In this document: piece after piece, positions 1-10,887 of the stretch | Position numbering within the stretch: position 1 is the first letter of the stretch | How the letters are laid out: each line of letters starts with the position of its first letter | NCBI GenBank assembly: GCA_027923505.1 | Contig: BROI01000003.1 | Coordinates: forward strand, 682,001 to 746,000 | Reading direction: 5' to 3' | DNA from: Mayamaea pseudoterrestris | Taxonomy: Eukaryota | Length of the DNA: 64,000 bases | Notes under the pieces: model-generated | What the model was told of the DNA's origin: nothing | Seen by the model: the letters and a program-made list of their open reading frames with translations, nothing else | Databases searched by the model: none | Made by a program: the position numbers and the translations under genes

Positions 1-1625
1 CCACTGCGGAAAATGTTTTTGCTGGATCAAATGTCACGTTTGATGTGTCATTTGACATTGACCCGGCATTGGCTAGTGGCACTTGTCAATTGCAGTTTGT
101 CGATGGAAGCGGCACTCTTCTTGCAACTGATGCTATTCAATTGGAAGTGTGTCAAAGCTCAATAATTCCGTCAGTATCGCCATCAACAGGGTCTACTTCA
201 GTCTCACCTACTACACAAGTCGCAAGCGGGGCACCAAGCGTGGCGCCAAGCGCGGCACCGATTGTTGGGACAGTAGCTCCGTCCATTCCTGCTTCTTTGG
301 CTCCCTCAATTCTTGGGGCTTCAGCAGCACCGTCCGGCTTACCGAGTATCTTGCCCACGGCTTTTCCAAGTGCAGCGCGAAGTGAAGGCAGTCCAACACA
401 AATTCCATCCATTGCACCAACTATTTTGCCAACGGCAGCGCTGAGTGAAGGGAGCCCAACGAAAGTACCGTCAATCTCACCAACTAGAGCGCCAACAGCA
501 TTGCCATCGCTAGGTGCTGGAAATACCAGAAGTCCAACCGGTATGTTATTCATGACGACAAGCTAGACAACTTAGTCAAACTCATGCACATTCTTATTTC
601 TCACCCGCCTGTCAAAAAATCGCTTCACAGCTCCACCAAGCACAGGTCCTCCAAGCACGACGAGCCCACCTACTGCGTTACTAATTACCAGTCCTAGTCC
701 TGCAAGCGTACCGGTACCGGTTCCCCAACAAAAGGGACGGCAACGAACGTCTCTATTCGGCCGATTGACTGGAGCAAACTTTTTCTCGACAATAAAAACT
801 GGGGAAGGAAAGGTTGGTGGACCTGGATCCATTCGTTTTGACTTTACGCATCCAATACCCAAGGGTGAGGTTGTTGACGACAATTGCTGGGGCTTTAATT
901 GTCCTAATGGTGGCGGAAGCCGCGCTGGCGGCAATGCCAAGGGCTCGAAAGCGGTCAAAGGCAGCAAGGGTGGCAAGGGTGGGTCGCAAGGCCAAGGTGC
1001 ATTCAACGGAGGTGGCAATGGCGGTTTCTCAACAGGGAGCAAGAATAGCACGCCGCAAAGAGGTGGTAAAGGTGGCAGTAAGGGCATTGTCTCCACCGTT
1101 TCCTCGAATAGCAAGTCACAAGGCAAAGGAGGCGGCAAGGGCGGTTCATCCAAGGTCAAAGGTAGTGGAAAAGGAGGTGGCAAGGGCTTTTCTCATTACA
1201 ACAATGACTACGGTAATGAGGGAATATCAGGTGTCTTCACGATCAGCAAGGGTGATGCACAAGTTGACAATATTTTCGAATCCATTTTCGACAATGAGAT
1301 TACTAGCGCCAGCAAAGGTAGCAAGGCTGGAATCAATCAGGAGCTACGATCAGAGCAAAAACGTATTCGTCGGGAGCGAATTCGAAACCACCAAATGGTA
1401 GGAACCACAACATCTACTAGGCCTGTGGCTAGCCCTGGTGGTGGTAACAATGGTGGCGACACAACGCAGGAGCTGCCTGGCCAATTCGTTCTCGTGACGG
1501 ACACGCGAGATGATCCCCCGCCAGAAAACCTGAGCGATATTGTATTCATAAGCACCCAACTAATGCAAAATGGAGGCGATCGTGTAAGGCGGAGGGCTGC
1601 TGCTGTGGAAAACGTTGAGCAGTGA
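1..1625 (+). CDS. 5'-truncated Pro/Ser/Thr-rich plus Gly/Lys-rich protein (silaffin-like candidate); intron 541-630
   Basis: ORFs 45..566 and 765..1625 join in frame through a GTATGT...CACAG intron (541-630). APS/PT repeats are followed by KGSKAVKGSKGGK and GKGG repeats. The start lies outside the window. Confidence 0.7.
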
Positions 1626-1985
1626 TGTGCCAGTGTCGGCATATTACTGTGAATTTGCTCCGTACATTTTCTCGGCTGCTTCGTTTTGCAAATGTCGCTT
1701 AACTAATAGCATGGCCTTATACTTGTACATTGACATATTTGGATGCAGGTCTGAACAGTAGTGTAGGTAGTGGTGGCAAAAAATCTCCCCGCGGGCAGCG
1801 TGCTTGAAAAACAGGGATAGCTTGAGTACCGATGAGACGAAATGTGAACAAGCGCGCGCATCATGCATTCATCGCCACTCTTCCCACTGTCGTGCGAGAC
1901 GCGTGTGAAAAAATTGCAAGGATCTTTATGGTTTCTCTTTATAGCTAGCATTGCATACCAAAAGTAGCATCTTGGAAAATCACTC

Positions 1986-3452
1986 ATGCGATCGCAATTC
2001 CTACATGCCGCACAACGAGCAAGGCTGCGACCGCAACGACTGCGACGATGCAACATCAGCGGCCTTCACAATTGTTCCTCGCTGACGGTTCACTCGTCAA
2101 GTGTTTGCCCCGATCGCTTACAGAAGGACACGAGTTTTCCAAAATCAATGAGTAGGAGCTTGTCGTCATCAGCTGCCTTGATTCCTCGCGAAGAAACGAC
2201 CCCAGCAGCTCCGTCACTTTCCGAGTCACAACCATTTCTTCCAGTTGATTTTGAAACGAATTCTCGCATTGACGGCGAAGAGTCGCAAACATTAACCATC
2301 CAACTACAGCCAGGCCAGGGAGTCAGAGCCGAGTCTGGCGCCATGATATACATGACCGAGTCAGTTGACATGAATACGCAACTGCTGACTGGCGCAATGT
2401 CACGCTTCTTGACTGGACAATCCGTCTTTTTGACAGACTATGTGTGTACGGACAAGCCTGGAACGGTTTGTCTGGGAACAAACTTTTGGAGCAAGGTGAT
2501 TCGGCTCAATTTGCAGGATTATGGAGGCAGCTTGATTTGTCAGCGTGGCGCTTTCCTCGCAGGCAATGCTGGAATTAACATTGAGATGGAGATGACAAAG
2601 TCGCTTACAGCCGGTGTCTTTGGTGGACAAGGCTTCATATTGCAGCGTCTTGTTGGTGATGGAGATGTATTTGTCAAGGCTGGAGGAACCTTGGTTGTGA
2701 AGGATCTAAAAGATGGCGAAGTGCTTCGCGTTTCTTCGGGTAGTATCGTCGCCTTTCAGCGAGGCATTGATTACGATGTGCAAATGATGAAAGGCATCAA
2801 GAATGCAATGTTTGGAGGGGAGGGGCTGTTTATCACGACACTGAAAGGCCCCGGCAGAGTGTGGCTTCAAGGAATGCCTCCGGATCGCATGATTGCCGAA
2901 ATTGCTCGCCGAGTTCCGGCTGGTATGGGGCTTGGAATACCTATTGGTATGGGCGCTGGCGGAGGAGGTTCGGAAGCAGGAGAGGAAGGAGCAGGCGCCG
3001 GTGAAGATGCTTTAGCTGGGTCGGAGAGTGTTGCTGCGACGGATGCTGCCATTGAAGCGGATCGGCATGCGACAGTTGCAACTTCGGGCTTGATGGGGTC
3101 TGAAGCAGTCGACGGCGATTCACCAGAAGCCTTATTCGGTGATGCAGCTCCTACAAGCAGCTCTGGGAAGGATGATGCAGGAATGGATGACGCGTCCTTT
3201 GCCAGCAGATCGTCGGACCCCAGTTTTGCGGACGATGATACATTTTCCACGCCAACTCAAGAGCCGACATACGACGACAGTGACTTTATAAATGAGACTG
3301 CTAACGAAGGCAATGAATTCAGCGATGGTGAATTGTTTGATGATGTCGACATGTCGAATGGAGTCGACACGTCGCAGTCAGCGTCAGATGAAGGAAGCTC
3401 CAGTATTATCGGGTCGCTGTGGGATTTCTTCATGGGCAATGGCGATGACTGA
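1986..3452 (+). CDS. AIM24: AIM24/TRAP-like (DUF124) protein with organellar presequence and acidic tail
   Basis: Motifs AESGAMIYM, ICQRGAFLA, FGGQGFILQRL and FGGEGLFITTLKGPGRVWLQ. Confidence 0.85.
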   Translation: MRSQFLHAAQRARLRPQRLRRCNISGLHNCSSLTVHSSSVCPDRLQKDTSFPKSMSRSLSSSAALIPREETTPAAPSLSESQPFLPVDFETNSRIDGEESQTLTIQLQPGQGVRAESGAMIYMTESVDMNTQLLTGAMSRFLTGQSVFLTDYVCTDKPGTVCLGTNFWSKVIRLNLQDYGGSLICQRGAFLAGNAGINIEMEMTKSLTAGVFGGQGFILQRLVGDGDVFVKAGGTLVVKDLKDGEVLRVSSGSIVAFQRGIDYDVQMMKGIKNAMFGGEGLFITTLKGPGRVWLQGMPPDRMIAEIARRVPAGMGLGIPIGMGAGGGGSEAGEEGAGAGEDALAGSESVAATDAAIEADRHATVATSGLMGSEAVDGDSPEALFGDAAPTSSSGKDDAGMDDASFASRSSDPSFADDDTFSTPTQEPTYDDSDFINETANEGNEFSDGELFDDVDMSNGVDTSQSASDEGSSSIIGSLWDFFMGNGDD

Positions 3453-3538
3453 TTTTGAACCATCGCTCATTCATGCACAATGAGATCAATTAATGAGTCA
3501 ATATATACATTTTATTATATGCGTGCTAAGCTTGTGAT

Positions 3539-4699
3539 CTATCGTATGACGAGCGACTTGTCATCCCATCCATACAAATGCTTGAATTTGTCAAATACAG
3601 TGCCCATCTCGGCGACAAGCTGATCTTGAATCTGCTGCATAACCTCAGTTGACGGCTCCTCGCACTGGTGCATCCACGTTGGAATCGGCTTTCCTTTGAC
3701 TGCGAGAAGAGGGATGCGGTATGGAATTGGAAGACCAAATCGTCCGTAAAAGAAAATGAGGGCAAATCCTATCTTTCGCGAAATCTTCTCCAGTAATTTC
3801 TCGGCACCAGGAATCCCACCTCCGTGCCAGCATGACAAAAGCTTTGTGTTACCAAAGATATAGCACGGAACGAGATCAGCGCCTGTGCGAATTGCAAGCT
3901 TGATGAGTCCAACTCGTTCCTTTAGCAATATGCACTCATCCTTGTTGTTTGTTTCAAACACTTCGGCGACTCCTCCCGTCGATATGCCAATCGTGTAGGG
4001 ATACTCCTCCAGCATCTTGCGCGCCGTCGCTCGCGATGCATCAACGACTCCCATGCTTCGAAGAATCTGCTTGAATATTGGCACGCGCAACGCATTGTTT
4101 GCGGCGAGTCCTCGAAAGTGATGGCCCGTTAGCGACGGCCATACCAACATGGCGAGCAAGTTTCCGTAAGGAAAGACGCCGTGAGGAGGCGCAACGAGAA
4201 TTTGGGGACGCAATGTCGGTGGGTCAGTCTTGTGCTCCGATCCGCAGGGAGTCTGTGTGGGCGGGAGTTCCATTAGAACGAATCGGAAGGAAAAGTACTT
4301 GAGCGTTTGTGCCGATATCCAGCTGTTCAAAACTGACGGGACAAACGGCTGAGGTATAAGCGCAATCGGAATTGTAATCATTGCCAAGTATTTGAAGGCG
4401 AGACCGACATTGCCAAGAATAAAGTAGCCAATGAGAAACGTGACGGCTGGAATCGAAAAGACGCCATTGGGCACGCCGAATAGAAGGAACAACACCGTCA
4501 CAATCTCTTCAAAGAAAGTCATGGGTTGAAGCTTGAGACAGTCTTCCTTTGTGACCTTGTCGAGTGGAATGTGAGTCTTTCTCCGCTCCTCCTCGGAAGC
4601 AGCCGTCAGACGCTGGAGCTCGGATGGGCTTTGATTGCATGAGTCGTAAAAGAATGGTTTTTCTCCACCATTGCTGAGATTCTGTTTCTTTAAAGCCAT
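3539..4699 (-). CDS. DGAT2: Diacylglycerol acyltransferase type 2 (DGAT2/MGAT family)
   Basis: PPHGVFP (HPHG variant), GGVAE, ERVGLIKLAIRTGADLVPCYIFG and YGRFGLPIP. Probable ATG at 4699 (MALKKQ). Confidence 0.9.
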   Translation of the reverse strand: MALKKQNLSNGGEKPFFYDSCNQSPSELQRLTAASEEERRKTHIPLDKVTKEDCLKLQPMTFFEEIVTVLFLLFGVPNGVFSIPAVTFLIGYFILGNVGLAFKYLAMITIPIALIPQPFVPSVLNSWISAQTLKYFSFRFVLMELPPTQTPCGSEHKTDPPTLRPQILVAPPHGVFPYGNLLAMLVWPSLTGHHFRGLAANNALRVPIFKQILRSMGVVDASRATARKMLEEYPYTIGISTGGVAEVFETNNKDECILLKERVGLIKLAIRTGADLVPCYIFGNTKLLSCWHGGGIPGAEKLLEKISRKIGFALIFFYGRFGLPIPYRIPLLAVKGKPIPTWMHQCEEPSTEVMQQIQDQLVAEMGTVFDKFKHLYGWDDKSLVIR

Positions 4700-4972
4700 G
4701 GTGACAATATGCTTGACGTTTATATGCTGAATGGGCAACTCGGGCTCGCTAATGATGAGAAATTGTCGAAGAATTTTTGGCCATGGACTCTTGGCCAGTC
4801 GACAAAGTGTGATGACATCGGAGGAGCGCGTCGATGGGCGAAAAAGAACGCTGCGCGCCATTTTCGATGGCGGTCAGTCACTGTCACGCGTCTCACTGGC
4901 ACCGATGATAACCGCTGAGACATGCGCGACAGCTACGGAAATTAATCGACGAATTGGACCATTCGATTGACC

Positions 4973-5770
4973 ATGAGAATCTCCCCGAGACTGCGGTACA
5001 ATAGACTGATAATCGTGTTTATTCTAGTTCATTCTCAATATACCAACGGATGGTCAAACGACATGCTTTCTTTCAGTCGCTCACTCACGAAATCGGTCCC
5101 AAAAGTCCACCGTTTGCCAATGACTTATTTCTCGCAACTGTTTGGATCCAAGGCTCTTGCTGGCAATCCTCCCGGAGAAATTTACATTGAAGATGATCAA
5201 TCTGCCTTGAAACTTGATATCAATAAACTTGAAGATACGGTGGCTCGCATTCGTAAGATTCTTGGCTACGAAACATACAGCGTGTCTTTGCTTTTGGTTG
5301 ACGACGAATACATGAAAGAAACGAATCAAGAGACGCGAGGAATTAATGAACCTACCGATATACTCTCCTTTCCAATGCTAGAAGCTGTTGAGCCTGGTAT
5401 ATTGGAGGATCCAGAGTTTGATGTTCCAGACTACTACAACCTCGGAGACATGCTTGTCGATGTGCCATATGTTATGCGACGATGCCAAGAGGATGAGCAG
5501 GAGGAATTGCATACAACAGACGGCCAAACTGATGATGAAAATGGAGATAGCGATCATACTAAATCCGTTGAAAGAGGTGTCTCGGGAGCCATGGCGACTG
5601 TCTATAATCCAGAGCAACGCGTGCACATGCTCCTTGTTCATGGAATGCTGCATCTCGTTGGACATGATCACGAAGACGATGATGAATATGAACTCATGGT
5701 AGCGGAGGAAGAAAGAATACTAGATCTTCTGCAATTGCCAACAGGAGAAGCATCGTCTCGGGCCTCGTAG
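4973..5770 (+). CDS. ybeY: Endoribonuclease YbeY (rRNA maturation), organelle-targeted
   Basis: N..TRG...PTDILSFP, LGD and the metal-binding motif HGMLHLVGHDH. Hydrophobic N-terminal leader. Confidence 0.92.
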   Translation: MRISPRLRYNRLIIVFILVHSQYTNGWSNDMLSFSRSLTKSVPKVHRLPMTYFSQLFGSKALAGNPPGEIYIEDDQSALKLDINKLEDTVARIRKILGYETYSVSLLLVDDEYMKETNQETRGINEPTDILSFPMLEAVEPGILEDPEFDVPDYYNLGDMLVDVPYVMRRCQEDEQEELHTTDGQTDDENGDSDHTKSVERGVSGAMATVYNPEQRVHMLLVHGMLHLVGHDHEDDDEYELMVAEEERILDLLQLPTGEASSRAS

Positions 5771-6366
5771 GTGCAGAGGTTCATCACTATAACATGATTT
5801 TTAACAGGGTTGGAACTTGCCCGATAGTGAGTCGCTGAGCAGGTCGTGGAGGTAGCCCACGGGTGATAGAAAACCCTCATACGTTCTTATACTTAGTAGA
5901 CCCTGCATACCGATGTCTTAGTATTGAGCCGTTACCTGTAATCGGTAGAGGTACTGTACAGCTTTCTTAGACTGTGGATTGCAACGCACATGTGGCCACT
6001 GCGTCAATTGATGAGCTTTTTTGCCAAAGCAATCGAAGGCTCTAAATGATCGTATTCTACAATCTGCGCAAGCTACACGAAGCAACAAGCTTCATCGTGG
6101 CTACCGGTAGCTCCCGCTACATATCGGTAGGATAGTGAAGGTGCGACAGCGAGTCATGGATACGTTTCTTCGTTTTGGTACACTCAAGCTTACACTCATT
6201 CGTGGCAATACTCATTCAGAATATCGAAGTACTATTCCAGAAAGAGTACAGGGTCATTGTGACCGAAAGCGAGATTGGTGCGACGACTCCGCCTTGAACC
6301 ATGAAAAGACTGAAGACCACAGCACTTTTGGATTGATCTATTGTGTTTGCAAAGCGCAGAAGCATC

Positions 6367-7563
6367 ATGGCATCACAACAAACGGATGGTGTGATAGGCA
6401 GCAGCATGGAGAAGGAGTCGGCGCACTCTCAAGCTGCCAGTCAAACAGGAACAGACCTTGATGAAGAAGATTATGTACTCCCGAATGACGTTGCCGACCG
6501 CCTTGTGAAGCGGACGGAGATGAGAGTATCACAGGTTCTATCACAGAGTGTATTTGTTCAGCAAAGCTGTCGATTGTATGATCTTCCCCGACTGGAGCGC
6601 GAAGATTTAGTCATTGGAGAAATGATTGCCTATGGAGGCTTTTCAAATGTTCACGACATTTTACAATTCAAATGCGACACAGACTTGATTTCTGCCGATA
6701 AGGCAAACCGGCGATACATTATCAAGAATTTAAACCCCAAGCTCGCATTCAATCCCAAGAAATTGGTTGTTGGTGCCAAGGATTTGGTTATGGAGGCGCA
6801 CTTTCTATCTTCGCTTGCCCACGAGAATGTCATGGAGCTACGCGGATGGTCGGCAGCAGGCATTGCAGGCTTTGCCGAAACAGGGCGAGCGGACGGTTTC
6901 TTTCTCATTTTTGATAAACTGCAAGAGACACTAAGTCGGAGAATTTCAGTCTGGCGAGAGCGCGCCAAGGAGACGAAGAAAGGCTCGCTAATGAAGAATC
7001 GGACAGCCATGCGTATGCAACTGTTTACGGAACGCATCAAAGTCGCCATTGACATTGCCGATGCTGTCCAGTATCTGCACTCTAAGCGAATCATTTATCG
7101 CGATCTGAAACCTGCTAACATTGGTTTCGATCAAAATGATGTGGTCAAAGTTTTTGATTTCGGACTGGCAGTCGAGTTGCCAGAGGGGTCCGATCCCAAC
7201 AGCACATTTAATCTTGCTGGAAACACTGGTACGAGCCGGTACATGGCTGTTGAAGTCATTCGCAAACACCCGTACAACTGCAAAGCCGATGTATTCTCGT
7301 ATTCGATTTTGCTGTGGGAGCTCATGGCTCTTTGTAAACCATACGATGGACTTGTTGGGCAGCAAGTCAAGGAATGCGTGTCGGTATTCGGAGAACGACC
7401 AGCGATACCTCGGACGTGGCCAACGAATCTTCGACGCATTTTGCGACGAGGTTGGACGGAAACTCTCATCGAGCGGCCGTTCATCGTCGAGGTGAAGGAC
7501 GTCCTGGAGAAACTACTTGAAGCGAGCAACGGAAAGCCCCCTTCAAAGCTGTTCAGCAAGTAA
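6367..7563 (+). CDS. Protein kinase (tyrosine-kinase-like group)
   Basis: YGGFSNV, IYRDLKPANIG, DFG, GTSRYMAVE and ADVFSYSILLWE. Confidence 0.93.
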   Translation: MASQQTDGVIGSSMEKESAHSQAASQTGTDLDEEDYVLPNDVADRLVKRTEMRVSQVLSQSVFVQQSCRLYDLPRLEREDLVIGEMIAYGGFSNVHDILQFKCDTDLISADKANRRYIIKNLNPKLAFNPKKLVVGAKDLVMEAHFLSSLAHENVMELRGWSAAGIAGFAETGRADGFFLIFDKLQETLSRRISVWRERAKETKKGSLMKNRTAMRMQLFTERIKVAIDIADAVQYLHSKRIIYRDLKPANIGFDQNDVVKVFDFGLAVELPEGSDPNSTFNLAGNTGTSRYMAVEVIRKHPYNCKADVFSYSILLWELMALCKPYDGLVGQQVKECVSVFGERPAIPRTWPTNLRRILRRGWTETLIERPFIVEVKDVLEKLLEASNGKPPSKLFSK

Positions 7564-7801
7564 TGTCATTAAAATTGCATCTAAAGTCGCGCTTTAATAC
7601 TATATTGTTATACCTGTATCTTTCTTTCGCGTCTTTGAGGTCCTTGTATGAAAATGGGTTTGTTTGCGATGAGGTCGTGACAAGGCACTCATTCAAAACT
7701 TCGTAAAAGTCGAATAGGCCGGCGCTCATAGCAAAAGAAATACGGAGCTCTCTTCGTCAAGACTTTTCATGTTTGCTAGCCAGATCTCTCGTAAAAGTCG
7801 A

Positions 7802-8257
7802 TCATTCTCGCTGCACAATGATTCCAGCCTTGCAAAGGTCCGGAAGCGCATTTCGCTTGCAGATGCCCGAAGCAGCAGCCAATAAAACATAGGCTTGAGC
7901 ATTGGCGAAGTCGGTTCTCGCCTTACGTGCAGCGTCAATGAATGAGATTAAATGCTCGCGGTCCTTCTTGACGAATCGCTTGCCTGAATAGTAGAATACA
8001 ATCATTTTCGAATCTTCTTTGTTGCGGAGCAGGTGAAGCTCCTTCTTGGACCGACCTTCACCCAAAAGGTCCTTCTGTGTCACGATTTCGTCGCTAGCTT
8101 TGTCTGACGTTGTACCCGAGGCGACTGCTTCCACAAGTTCCGCAGACAGCCGCAAGTCTGGCTGCGTGCAAAAGCCTCGCGCTTCGACAGTTTCCTTGTC
8201 AAACTTCTTGACCTTCTTGGTCGAATCGGATTCCGTCTTCTCAGTCTTGCGCTTCAT
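7802..8257 (-). CDS. Small hypothetical protein (151 aa)
   Basis: ATG-initiated ORF between two plus-strand genes, with a Lys-rich N-terminus and an alternating alpha/beta pattern. Confidence 0.6.
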   Translation of the reverse strand: MKRKTEKTESDSTKKVKKFDKETVEARGFCTQPDLRLSAELVEAVASGTTSDKASDEIVTQKDLLGEGRSKKELHLLRNKEDSKMIVFYYSGKRFVKKDREHLISFIDAARKARTDFANAQAYVLLAAASGICKRNALPDLCKAGIIVQRE

Positions 8258-8518
8258 ACTTCTTGCTCTCTGTTCCTTGTCTCGTGCTTGGCTACTTTAT
8301 GTATCCGCCTGTGCAGTCAATTGCGAATACAACCATAATGGTTTGCCCAGCGAATCTTTGGAATCGTCGCATCGCACCGCCGCGCCGCGCAGCAACAATG
8401 AAAAGAACGCACTTTACGTCGGAACGGTACTCACATGTCATCTCGCTTTCAAAATCTTCCGACGTCAAGCCAATTCAAATGCATACTCGTATCTGGTTTT
8501 CATGGCGTCACGACAACG

Positions 8519-9166
8519 ATGAGGGACTTTGCTGTGCGTTTACTCTTTCTTGCGTGCCACTTGCTTCCATCCTTGGCCTTTGTCGGTGTCGCAGCCAAGC
8601 ACGCAACGTTGTTGGCGTCAACAACTGTCAACCAGCGGGCACCATCATCATCATCATGGCGACTCTTCGCCGACCTGCAAAACGTCAAGACTTTTCTATC
8701 CGAACGCTATCCGCTATTTGACAGCTTGATACTTTCCAAGAACCAAGACGTTTGGAAGAAACTGAGTGATGTTAGCGATGGTGGTTGCACGATTTTTGCG
8801 CCGTCGAATCAAGCCATGGAGTCATTGGGCGACAAGAAATTGGAGCAGCTCCGTGATGTTCGAAACGACGAGACGGCCCAAAAGATGGGAGCATTTCACG
8901 TGGTGGGTGAGCGAGTCACTGCTGATGAACTCTTCAATTCAGGTGGTGTCGTGACTGTCGGAGGTGTCGTGGAAGTCGGACGATCCGTCAAAGGAGGTTT
9001 CTTTGGCATTGGCGGTACTGAAGATGGAGGTGTAACACTGAGCGGAGCCAAAGTGACAACCACTGTGGATATTGACAAGTGTTTGATTCACGAGGTTGAT
9101 GCTTTAATCTCGCCTGCCATTCTGTGGCGGTACTGCGACCAGCTCCGGATTCCAGGATCCAAGTAA
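8519..9166 (+). CDS. Fasciclin (FAS1) domain protein, likely plastid-targeted
   Basis: TIFAPSNQAM (H1) and LIHEVDALI (H2). Signal peptide ending SLA-F. Confidence 0.85.
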   Translation: MRDFAVRLLFLACHLLPSLAFVGVAAKHATLLASTTVNQRAPSSSSWRLFADLQNVKTFLSERYPLFDSLILSKNQDVWKKLSDVSDGGCTIFAPSNQAMESLGDKKLEQLRDVRNDETAQKMGAFHVVGERVTADELFNSGGVVTVGGVVEVGRSVKGGFFGIGGTEDGGVTLSGAKVTTTVDIDKCLIHEVDALISPAILWRYCDQLRIPGSK

Positions 9167-9464
9167 AAGTAATCATACCGGTAGCTGTTGCTGTACTTAC
9201 ATCGTACCTGCCACAGAACTATTGATGTGTGAGTTGCAAACTTAACTTCATCGTCGTGGGCAGGCCTGTAGTTTCGTCTCTGATGAGTCTGCATGAATAG
9301 CATTCGTAGTGAGACGCAGTGACGTTCTCATATTCGGTGCCTCCGCCGCGCTGACTCGATCCGAAGGGCGAAGGGCGTGACAACGCTCATAGCTTCTTCG
9401 ATTCGCTCTCATCCTCCTCTAGCAAGCTTTCGTAAGACCCCGTTGATCATTATTAAATAGAATC

Positions 9465-10826
9465 ATGGTGGAAGGACACAGCGTTCACCGGGTCGCCAAG
9501 ATGCACCGCGATCGTCTTGTCGGCAAGCGATTTTATGCAACATCGCCGAACGGCCGCTTCACGGCAGGCGCAACTGCCATTGACCAAAAGGTGTTTTCTC
9601 GCATCGAAGCAGTAGGGAAGAATCTATTTGCATTCTTTGGGGATGACGATGATCCAGTGGTTGTTCACGTGCATTTTGGAATGGCCGGAGTCTGGGCGGT
9701 GTACGATTCAGAAGAAGAGGCCGCACCCGAGCCAAGGTCGACGAATCGTCTACGTCTTGTGAGCCTTGATTCGAAAGTTACTGCGGATCTCTCGGCGATG
9801 ACTGTGCAGCATGGAGGCATGGAGCTGTATGAATCGAAACGCGCCAAACTAGGGCAAGACCCGTTACGTTCCGATGCGAATGTCGAGCTGCTCTGGGAAC
9901 AAGTTTCAGCGTCGAAGAAGTCGATTGGAGCGTTGATTATGGATCAATCTTACTTTACCGGACCTGGCAATATCTACCGAGCAGAAATTCTTTTTAAAGC
10001 TGGAGTCCACCCTGATACACCGGGGCATACGTTGAGTCGGCAGGAATTTGATCTCATTTGGCACCATACAGTGTCACTTTTGCAGCGAGGTTTTGCAACA
10101 GGGTCCATTCTGACGGTTGATCCTGAAGAAGCGCAGACTCTTGCCATGCCAAGGCTTAGACGCTACATTTACAATCAAAAGAACTGTCCTCGCTGCAGAA
10201 CTTCCATTAGAGTTTGGGACATTGCGGCGAGAACCTGCTATGCATGTCCAACCTGCCAACCAGTCAAGTCATCCGCTGAGATGCCAAGATCTCAGGAATG
10301 CGTGCCGTTTATTTCGCATTGTGCAAGAGAATCGGTTGCAGATCGATTTGCCAAGGCTGGCGCTAGCCACCTGACTGTTCGCGAGTTGAAGGCTTGTTTG
10401 GCCACAAATGGTGTTTCAATACCAGGCTCTGCCAATAAGAAGCAGCTTATCCAACTGTGGGAGTCTTGCCCCGAGTTGCAAGAATTTAGGTCATCAGAAG
10501 ATGCTGCTGCTGAAAAGGCCGAGGCAGGTGAGACTTTGGCTGTCGAGCACATTGCCGAGCTGGCTCCTGAGCAGGCTAGAAAGGCACGAGATGGCGTCGG
10601 TCGCAAGCGGAAGAGTAATCCTCCAGCTCACACCCTTGCCAACATGTCAGTGGCCATGTTGAGGGAGCAGTTGGTTAGTAGGGGTGTAAATATTCCTGCC
10701 AAGGTGAAGAAATCTGACTTGTTGGAGCTTCTGCAAAACGTGATTGACGAGAGTGAGCCTGTGCCGTCGATTACTGGTAGTACACCACGCAAGAGCAAGG
10801 TCAAGCGCCGCGTAGTCACCCCATAG
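9465..10826 (+). CDS. Fpg/Nei-family DNA glycosylase with C-terminal SAP/HeH-like repeats
   Basis: MVEG N-terminus, GKNLF, HFGMAG, H2TH DQS.FTGPGNIYRAEILF and zinc finger CPRC...CPTCQ. Confidence 0.92.
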   Translation: MVEGHSVHRVAKMHRDRLVGKRFYATSPNGRFTAGATAIDQKVFSRIEAVGKNLFAFFGDDDDPVVVHVHFGMAGVWAVYDSEEEAAPEPRSTNRLRLVSLDSKVTADLSAMTVQHGGMELYESKRAKLGQDPLRSDANVELLWEQVSASKKSIGALIMDQSYFTGPGNIYRAEILFKAGVHPDTPGHTLSRQEFDLIWHHTVSLLQRGFATGSILTVDPEEAQTLAMPRLRRYIYNQKNCPRCRTSIRVWDIAARTCYACPTCQPVKSSAEMPRSQECVPFISHCARESVADRFAKAGASHLTVRELKACLATNGVSIPGSANKKQLIQLWESCPELQEFRSSEDAAAEKAEAGETLAVEHIAELAPEQARKARDGVGRKRKSNPPAHTLANMSVAMLREQLVSRGVNIPAKVKKSDLLELLQNVIDESEPVPSITGSTPRKSKVKRRVVTP

Positions 10827-10887
10827 CTACCGACACAAAACATTACTTTATATAATGCAAGTTAACTGTGGACTTTAAACTATAATA

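Noticed and set aside
572..1183. Pro-rich antisense ORF, and similar shadow ORFs such as 49779-50426 and 59630-60265
   Set aside because: These are antisense shadows of low-complexity Gly- or Pro-rich coding sequence on the other strand.
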